From NCBI GenBank assembly GCA_964016885.1, contig OZ024741.1, forward strand, positions 36,084,001-36,148,000: a stretch of DNA of 64,000 nucleotides, written 5' to 3'. The notes below the pieces were generated by a model. It was not told the origin of the DNA. It saw nothing but the letters and a program-made list of their open reading frames with translations, and made no database searches. A program made the position numbers and the translations under genes. Position 1 is the stretch's first letter. The number at the start of each line of letters is the position of its first letter. Below, in pieces: positions 55,060 through 64,000 of the stretch. Source of the stretch: Eledone cirrhosa (taxonomy: Eukaryota).

Positions 55060-58000
55060 AGGCTATTATCTCTTCACCCAAGAACTCTTCAGCCTATGAA
55101 CTGTTCACCCTCAGAACTCTTCAGCCTATGGACTCTTCAGCCTATGGACTCTTCACACTAAGAAGTCTTCAGCCTATGAACTGTTCACTCTTAGAACTCT
55201 TTACTCTAAGAATTCTTCAGCCTATGGACACTTCAGCATATGAACTCTTCGCCCTTAGAACTCTTCAGCCTATGAACTCTTCAACCTTAGAACTCTTCAG
55301 GCTATTAACTCTTCACACTAAGAACTGTTCTGCCTATTAACTCTTCACCCTAAGAGCTCTTCAGCCTATGGATTCTTCAGCCTATGGACTCTTAAGCCTA
55401 TGAACTCTTCACCCTAAGAACTCTTCAGCCTATGCACTCTTCAGCCTATGAACTTTTCAGCCTATGGACTCTTCAGCCTATGGACTCTTCACCCAAAGAA
55501 CTCTTCAGCCTATGGCTCTTCAGCCTATGAACTTTTCAGCCTATGGACTCTTCAGCCTATGGACTCTTCACCCTAAGAACTCCTCAGCCTATGGACTCTT
55601 CACCCTAAGCACTCTTCTGCCTATGAACTATTCAGTCTATGAACTCTTCAGCCTATGGTCTCTTCACCCTAAGAACTCTTCAGCCTATGAACTCTTCACC
55701 CTAAGAACTCTTCAGCCTATTGACTCTTCAGCCTATGAACTCTTCACCCAAGAACTCTTCAGCCTATAAACTCTTCACCCTAAGAACTCTTCAGCCTATG
55801 GACACTTTAGCCTATTAACTCTTCAGCCTATGGACTCTTCAGCCTATGGACTCTTCACACTAAGAACTCTTCAGCCGATGGACTCTTCAGCCTATGAACT
55901 CTTAACACTTAGAACTCTTCAGGCTATTAACTCTTCACCCTAAGACCTCATCAGACTATGGATTCTTCAACCTATGGAATCTTAAGCCTATGAACTCTTC
56001 ACCCTAAGAACTCTTCAGCCTATGAACTCTTCAATCTATGTACTCTTCAGCCTATGGACTCTTCACTCTAATAACTCTTCAGCCTATGGACTCTTCACAC
56101 TAAGAACTCTTCAGCCTATGAACTCTCCACCATAAAAACTCTTCAGCCTATAGACTCTTCACACTAATTAATCCTCAGCCTATGGACTCTTCAGCCTATG
56201 AAATCTTCAGCCAATGAATTCTTTACCCTAAGAACTCTTCAGCTTATGGAGTTCAGCCTATGAACTCTTCAGCCTATGGACTCTTCAGCCTATGGACTCT
56301 TCTGCCTATGAACTCTTCACCCTAGGAACTCTTCAGCTTATGGACGCTTCAGCCTATGAACTCTTTAGCCTATTGTCTCTCCAGCCTATGGACTCTTCAC
56401 GCTAAGAATTATTCAGCCTATGGAGTATTCTGCCTATGAACTCTTCAACCTTAGAACTTTTCAGGCTATTAAATATTCAACCTAAGAACTCTTCAGCCTA
56501 TGGATTCTTCAGCCTATGGACTCTTAAGCCTATGAACTCTTCACCCTAAGAACTCTTAAGCTATGAAATCTTCAGCCTATGAACTCTTCAGCCTATGGAC
56601 TCCTCAGCCAACGTACTCTTCACCCTAAGAACTCTTCAGCCTATGAATTCTTCAACCTATGGACTCTTCAGCCTATGGACTCTTCACTCTAAGAATTCTT
56701 CAGGCTATTAACTCTTCACCGTAAGAACTCTTCAGCCTATGGACTCTCCATTCTAAGAACTCTTCAGCCTATGGACTCTTCAGACTATGCACTCTTCACC
56801 CTTAGAACTCCTCAGGCTATTAAGTCTCAGCCTATGGACTCTTCAGCCAATGAATTCTTCACCCTCAGAACTCTTCAGCCTATAAACTCTTAGACCTATG
56901 GACTCTTCAGCCTATGGACTTTTCACTCTAAGAACACTTCAGCCTATGGACTCAAGAGACTATGAACTCTTCAACCAATGGACTCTTTACCCTAAGAAAT
57001 CTTCAGCCTATGAACTCTTCTGGCTATGAACACTTCACTCTATGAACTCTTCACCCTAAAAACTCTTCAGCCTATGAACTCTTCCCCATAAAAACTGTTC
57101 AGCCTATGGACTCTTCACCCTAAGAACTCTTCAGCCTATGGACTTTTCAGCCTATGAACTCTTCAGCCTATGGACTCTACAGCCTGTGGATTCTTCAGCC
57201 TATGGACTCTTGAGCCTATAGACTCTTCAGCCTATGGACACTTCAGCCTATGAACTCTTCACACGAAGAACTCTTCAGCCTATGGACTCTTCAGCCTATG
57301 GACTCTTCACGCTAAGAATTCTTCAGCCTATGGACTATTCTGCCTATGAACTCTTCACCCTTAGAACTCTTCAGGCTATTAACTCTTCACCCTAAGAACT
57401 CTTCGGCCTACGAACTCTTCACCCTAAGAACTCTTCACCCTATGGACTCTTCAGCCTATGAACTCTTCCACCTAAGGACTCTTCAGCCTATGAACTCTTC
57501 AGCCTATGAATTCTACAGCCTATGAACTCTTCCACCTAAGGACTCTTCAGCCTATGGACTCTTCACCCTAAGCACTCTTCAGCCTATGGACTCTTCAGCC
57601 TATGAACTCTTTTGCCTATGGACTCTTCAGCCTATGGACTTTTCAGCCTATGAACTCTTTACCCTAAGAATTCTTCAGCCTGTGAACTCTTCGTTCTAAG
57701 AATTCTTCAGGATATGGGCTCTTCACCCGAAGAACTATTCAGCCTATGGACTCTTCAGCCTATGAACTCTTCACCCTTAGAACTCTTCAGTCTATGAACT
57801 CTTCACCCTAAGAACTCTTCAGCCTATAGTCTCTTCAGACTATGGACTCTTCAGCCTATGAACTTTTCAGCCTATGGACTCTTCACCCTAAGAACCCTTC
57901 AGCCTATGGACTCTTCAGACTATGAACTCTTCAGCCTATGGACTCTTCACCCTATGGACTCTTCACCATAAGAACTCTTCAGCCTATGGACTCTTCACCC

Positions 58001-61000
58001 TAAGCACTCTTCAGCCTATGAACTCTTCAGTCTATGAACTCTTCAGCCTATGAAATGTTCACCCTTAGAACTCTTCAGCCTATGAACTCTTCACCCTAAG
58101 AACTCTTCAGCCTATGGATTCTTCAACCTATGGACTATTTAGCCTATGAACTCTTCACCCTAAGAACTCTTCAGCCTATGAACTCTTCGGCCTATGGACT
58201 CTTCAGTCTATGGACTCTTCACTCTAAGAACTCTTTAGTCTATGGACTCTTCAGTCTATGGACTCTTCAGCCTATGAACTGTTCACCCTTAGAACTCTTC
58301 AGCCTATGAACTCTTCACCCTAAGAACTCTTCAGCCTATGAACTCTTCAACCTATGGACTCTTCAGCCTATGAACTCTTCACCCTTAGAACTCTTCAGCC
58401 TATGAACTCTTCACCCTAAGAACTCTTCAGCCTATAGTCTCTTCAGACTATGGACTCTTCAGCCTATGAACTTTTCAGCCTATGGAATCTTCAGCCTATG
58501 GACTATTCACCCTAAGAACCCTTCAGTCTATGGACTCTTCAGCCTATGAACTCTTCAGCCTATGGACTCTTCAGTCTATGGAATCTTCACTCTAAGAACT
58601 CTTCAGTCTATGGACTCTTCAGTCTATGGACTCTTCACTCTAGGAACTCTTCAGCCTATGGACTCTTCAGTCTATGGACTCTTCACTCTAAGAACTCTTC
58701 AGGCTATGAACTCTTCACTCTATGAACTCTTCTCCCTCAGAACTCTTCAGCCTATGAACTCTTCACCATAAAATCTCTTCAGCCTATCGACTCTTCACCC
58801 TAAGAACTCTTCAGCCTATGGACTCTTCAGCCTATAAACTCTTCAGCCTATGAACTCTTCACCCTAAGAACTCTTCAGCTTATGGACTCTTCAGCCTATG
58901 AACTCGTCAGCCTATGAAATATTCCCCCTAAGTACTCTTCAGCTTATGGACTCTTCAGCCTATGAACTCTTCAGCCTATGGACTCTTCAGCCTATGAACT
59001 CTTCACGCTAAGAATTCTTCAGCCTATGGGCTATTCTGCCTATGAACTCTTCACCCTTAGAACTCTTCAGGCTACTAACTCTTCACCGTAAGATCTCTTC
59101 GGCCTATGGACTCTTCACCCTAAGAACTCTTCAGTCTATGAACTCTTCAGTCTATGAACTCTTCAGCCTATGAACTGTTCAGCCTTAGAACTCTTCAGCC
59201 TATGAACTCTTCACTCTTAGAAAGCTTCAGGCTATTATCTCTTCACCCAAGAACTTTTCAGCCTATGAACTGTTCACCCTCAGAACTCTTCAGCCTATGG
59301 ACTCTTCAGCCTATGGACTCTTCACACTAAGACGTCTTCAGCCTATGAACTGTTCACTCTTAGAACTCTTTAGCCTAAGAACTCTTCAGCCTATGGACAC
59401 TTCAGCATATGAACTCTTCGCCCTTAGAACTCTTCAGCCTATGAACTCTTCAACCTTAGAACTCTTCAGGCTATTAACTCTTCACACTAAGAACTCTTCA
59501 GCCTATGCACTCTTCAGCCTATGAACTTTTCAGCCTATGGACTCTTCAGCCTATGGACTCTTCACCCAAAGAACTCTTCAGCCTATGGCTCTTCACCCTA
59601 AGAACTCTTCAGCCTATGGACTCTTCAGCCTATTAACTCTTCAGCCTATGGACTCTTCAGCCTATGGACTCTTCACACTAAGAACTCTTCAGCCTATGAA
59701 CTCTTAACATTAGAACTCTTCAGGCTATTAACTCTTCACCGTAAGACCTCATCAGCCTATGAACTCTTCAATCTATGTACTCTTCAGCCTGTGGACTCTT
59801 CACTCTAAGAACTCCTCGGCCTATGGACTCTTCACACTAAGAACTTTTCAGCCTATGAACTCTCCACCATAAAAACTCTTCAGCCTATAGACTCTTCACA
59901 CTAATTAATCTTCAGCCTATGGACTCTTCAGCCTATGAAATCTTCAGCCAATGAATTCTTTACCCTAAGAACTCTTCAGCTTATGGAGTTCAGCCTATGA
60001 ACTCTTCAGCCTATGGACTCTTTAGCCTATGGACTCTTCACGCTAAGAACTCTTCAGGCTATTAACTCTTCACCCTAAGAACTCTACGGCCTATGAACTC
60101 TTCACCCTAAGAACTCTACAGCTTATAGACTCTTCAGCCTATGGACTCATCAGCCTATGAACTCTTCAGCCTATGGAAACATCAACCTATGGACTCTTCA
60201 CCCTAAGCACTCTTCAGTCTATGGACTCTTCAACCTATATACTCTTCAGGCTATGGACACTTCAGCCTATGAACTCTTCACACTAAGAACTCTTCAGCCT
60301 ATGAACTCTTCAGCCTATGAATTCTTCACCCTAAGAACTGTTCAGCCTATGGACTCTTCAGCCTATGAAATCTTCAGCCTATGGACTCTTCAGCCTATGG
60401 ACTCTTCACACTAATAACTATTCAGCCTATGGACACTTCACCCTAAGAACTCTTCAGTCTATGAACTCTTCAGTCTATGAACTCTTCAGCCTATGAACTG
60501 TTCACCCTTAGAACTCTTCAGCCTATGAACTCTTCACCCTTAGTACTCTTCAGGCTATTATCTCTTCACCCAAGAACTCTTCAGCCAATGAACTCTTCAC
60601 CCTAAGAACTCTTCAGTCTATGGACATTTCAGCCCATGAGCTCTTCACACTAAGAACTCTTCAGCCTATGAACTCTTCAGCCTATGAACTCTTCACACTA
60701 AGAAATCTTCAGCCTATGAACTATTCAGCCTATGAACTCTTCACCCTAAGAACTCTTCAGCCTATGGACTCTTCAGCCTATGAACTCTTCAGCCTATGAA
60801 CTCTTCAGCCTATGAACTCATCAGCCTATGAACTCTTCAGCCTATGGATTCTTCAGCCTATGACCTCTTCACCCTAAGAACTCTTCAGCCTATGAACTCT
60901 TCCACCTATGGATTCTTCAGCCTATGGACTCTTCACTCTGAGCACTCTTCAGCCTATGGACTCTTCAACCTATATATTCTTCAGCCTATGGACACTTCAG

Positions 61001-64000
61001 CCTATGAACTCTTCACACTAAGATCTCTTCACACTATGAACTCTTCAGCCTATGAACTCTTCAACCTATGGAATCTTCAGCCTATGGACTCTTCACACTA
61101 AGAACTCTTCAGCCTATGGACTCTTCACCCTAAGAACTCTTCAGTCTATGAACTCTTCAGTCTATGAACTCTTCAGCCTATGAACTGTTCAGCCTTAGAA
61201 CTCTTCAGCCTATGAACTCTTCACTCTTAGAACTCTTCAGGCTATTATCTCTTCACCCAAGAACTCTTCAGCCTATGAACTGTTCACCCTCAGAACTCTT
61301 CAGCCTATGGACTCTTCACCCTAAGCACACTTCAGCCTATGAACTCTTCAGTCTATGAACTCTTCAGCCTATGAACTGTTAACCGTTAGAACTCTTCAGC
61401 CTATGGACTCTTCACACTAAGAAGTCTTCAGCCTATGAACTGTTCACTCTTAGAACTCTTTAGCCTAAGAACTCTTCAGCCTATGGACACTTCAGCATAT
61501 GAACTCTTCACCCTTAGAACTCTTCAGCCTATGAACTCTTCAACCTTAGAGCTCTTCAGGATATTAACTCTTCACACTACGAACTGTTCTGCCTATTAAC
61601 TTTTCACCCTAAGAGCTCTTCAGCCTATGGATTCTTCAGCCTATGGACTCTTAAGCCTATGAACTCTTCACCCTAAGAACTCTTCAGCCTATGCACTTTT
61701 CAGCCTATGAACTTTTCAGCCTATGGACTCTTCAGCCTATGGACTCTTCACCCTAAAAACTCTTCAGCCTATGGCTCTTCAGCCTATGAACTTTTCAGCC
61801 TATGGACTCTTCAGCCTATGGACTCTTCACCCTAAGAACTCTTCAGCCTATGGATTCTTCACCCTAAGCACTCTTCTGCCTATGAACTATTCAGTCTATG
61901 AACTCTTCAGCCTATTGTCTCTTCACCCTAAGAACTCTTCAGCCTATGAACTCTTCACCCTAAGAACTCTTCAGCCTATGGACTCTTCAGCCTATGAACT
62001 CTTCACCCAAGAACTCTTCAGCCTATAAACTCTTCACCCTAAGAACTCTTCAGCCTATGGACTCTTCAGCCTATTAACTCTTCAGCCTATGGACTCTCCA
62101 GCCTATGGACTCTTCACACTAAGAACTCTTCAGCCTATGGACTCTTCAGCCTATGAACTCTTAACACTTAGAACTCTTCAGGCTATTAACTCTTCACCCT
62201 AAGACCTCATCAGCCTATGGATTCTTCAACCTATGGAATCTTAAGCCTATGAACTCTTCACCCTAAGAACTCTTCAGCCTATGAACTCTTCAACCTATGT
62301 ACTCTTCAGCCTATGGACTCTTCACTCTAAGAACTCTTCAGCCTATGGACTCTTCAAACTAAGAACTCTTCAGCCTATGAACTCTCCACCATAAAAACTC
62401 TTCAGCCTATAGACTCTTCACACTAATTAATCTTCAGCCTATGGACTCTTCAGCCTATGAAATCTTCAGCCAATGAATTCTTTACCCTAAGAACTGTTCA
62501 GCTTATGGATCAGCCTATGATCTCTTCAGCCTATGGACTCTTTAGCCTATGGACTCTTCACGCTAAGAACTCTTCAGGCTATTAACTCTTCACCCTAAGA
62601 ACTCTACGCCCTATGAACTCTTCACCCTAAGAACTCTACAGCTTATAGACTCTTCAGCCTATGGACTCATCAGCCTATGAACTCTTCAGCCTATGGAAAC
62701 TTCAGCCTATGGACTCTTCACCCTAAGCACTCTTCAGTCTATGGACTCTTCAACCTATATAATCTTCAGGCTATGGACACTTCAGCCTATGAGCTCTTCA
62801 CACTAAGAACTCTTCAGCCTATGAACTCTTCAGCCTATGAACTCTTCACCCTAAGAACTGTTCAGCCTATGGACTCTTCAGCCTATGAAATCTTCAGCCT
62901 ATGGACTCTTCAGCCTATGGACTCTTCACGCTAATAACTATTCAGCCTATGGACACTTCACCCTAAGAACTCTTCAGTCTATGAACTCTTCAGTCTATGA
63001 ACTCTTCAGCCTATGAACTCTTCACCCTTAGTACTCTTCAGGCTATTATCTCTTCACCCAAGAACTTTTCAGCCTATGAACTCTTCACCCTAAGAACTCT
63101 TCAGCCTATGGACACTTCAGCCTATGAACTCTTCACACTAAGAACTCTTCAGCCTATGAACTCTTCAGCCTATGAACTCTTCACACTAAGAAATCTTCAG
63201 CCTATGAACTATTCAGCCTATGAACTCTTCACCCTAAGAACTCTTCAGCCTATGGACTCTTCAGCCTATGAACTCTTCAGCCTATGAACTCTTCAGCCTA
63301 TGGACTCTTCAGCCAATGAACTCCTCACACTAAGAACTCTTCAGCCTATGGACTCTTCAACCTATGGACTCTTCAGCCTATGCACTCCTCATTCTAAGAA
63401 CTATTCAGCCTATGGACTCTTCAGCCTATGAACTCTTCACTCTAAGAACTCTTCAGCTTATGGACTCTTCAGCATATGAACTCTTCAGCCTATGGACTCT
63501 TCAGCCTAAGTATTCTTCACGCTAAGATTTCTTCAGGCTATGGAGTATTCTGCCTATGAACTCTTCACTCTTAGAACTCTTCAGGCTATTAACTCTTCAC
63601 CCTAAGAACTCTTCAGCCTATGGATTCTTCAGCCTATGGACTCTTAAGCCTATGAACTCTTCACCCTAAGAACTCTTAAGCCTATGAACTCCTCAGCCTA
63701 TGAACTCTTCAGCCTTTGGACTCCTCAGCCTATGGACTCTTCACTCTAAGAACTCTTCAGCCTATGAACTCTTCAGCCTATGAACTCTTCACACTAAGAA
63801 ATCTTCAGCCTATGAACTATTCAGCCTATGAACTCTTCAACCTATGGACTCTTCAGCCTATGGACTCCTCATTCTAAGAACTATTCAGCCTATGGATTCT
63901 TCAGCCTATGAACTCTTCACTCTAAGAACTTTTCAGCTTATGGACTCTTCAGCATATGAACTCTTCAGCCTATGGACTCTTCAGCCTAAGTATTCTTCAC
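55060..64000 (+). repeat. Patchwork of more diverged paralogous blocks (offsets 2,520, 4,169, 6,179 and 6,259 bp, plus a terminal 480-bp repeat)
   Basis: Similar but non-identical ORF pairs 60157/62677, 55128/59297, 54665/60844 and 55464/61723. The marker attctaagaactattcag occurs at 63391 and 63871. Confidence 0.8.

Larger units (their letters stand above)
27168..55061 (+). repeat. Large tandem duplication: copy A ~27168-42858 (15.68 kb) and copy B ~42847-55061 (12.2 kb)
   Basis: ORF offsets are 15,679 (27441/43120, 29623/45302, 29991/45670, 32118/47797), 15,423 (35141/50564) and 12,202-12,203 (38362/50564, 42462/54665). Rare indel markers are shared at the same offsets. Confidence 0.93.
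1..64000 (+). repeat. Tandem satellite DNA array, 16-bp monomer (CTCTTCAGCCTATGAA / CTCTTCAGCCTATGGA / CTCTTCACCCTAAGAA), ~4,000 copies, single orientation, running off both window ends
   Basis: The core ACTCTTCA recurs every 16 bp on every line. Translation shows a 16-aa period (3 monomers = 48 bp). No non-repeat sequence seen. Confidence 0.99.

Noticed and set aside
126-63287. About 50 short + strand ORFs (64-122 aa) with leucine/serine-rich repeats resembling LRR or pentapeptide proteins
   Set aside because: They are translations of a 16-bp repeat cycling through three frames. Stops and frameshifts are scattered freely, and there is no unique domain, codon-position bias or gene context.
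1-64000. CRISPR-like or variable-cassette array (constant ACTCTTCA plus a variable 8 bp)
   Set aside because: The variable part is limited to a few related words, not unique 25-45-bp spacers. There is no leader, cas, recombinase or reverse transcriptase gene.
1-64000. Heat-shock element or STAT site arrays from GAACTCTTC
   Set aside because: The spacing is GAA-N3-TTC. A canonical HSE needs GAA-N2-TTC, and STAT sites are TTC-N3-GAA.
1-64000. Hairpins/terminators from TTCA-GCCTA-TGAA, and G-quadruplexes from TTAGGG
   Set aside because: Stems are only 4-5 bp. GGG tracts on the minus strand are usually 32 bp or more apart, too far for canonical G4.
1-64000. True telomeric tract
   Set aside because: CCCTAA is never tandem. 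It appears only as a single hexamer within some 16-mers.
1-64000. Assignment to a named satellite family, organism, or functional centromere
   Set aside because: I do not recognise the monomer with confidence, and centromere function cannot be read from sequence without chromatin data.

Overview
The whole 64-kb window is one uninterrupted, head-to-tail tandem array of a 16-bp satellite, about 4,000 monomers (64000/16), all in the same orientation. The consensus is CTCTTCAGCCTATG(A/G)A, with a very common co-varying variant CTCTTCACCCTAAGAA. I found no credible genes, RNA genes, transposon insertions or CRISPR array. The ORF track is a by-product of translating a 16-mer (3 monomers = 16 codons). 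The informative signal is the nested higher-order organisation, which can be read from rare variant monomers and ORF offsets. It includes a near-identical 2,802-bp tandem unit at the left end and 2,843/4,665-bp and 2,542/3,021-bp mosaic duplications. A 12.2-kb duplication has a first copy carrying an extra 3,221-bp tandem duplication and 256 bp more. Nested inside are 608-, 496-, 480-, 368- and 240-bp multiples of the monomer. This architecture is typical of eukaryotic (peri)centromeric or subtelomeric heterochromatin, but the organism and satellite family cannot be identified from the sequence alone. All comparisons were made by eye and from ORF offsets, not by alignment.
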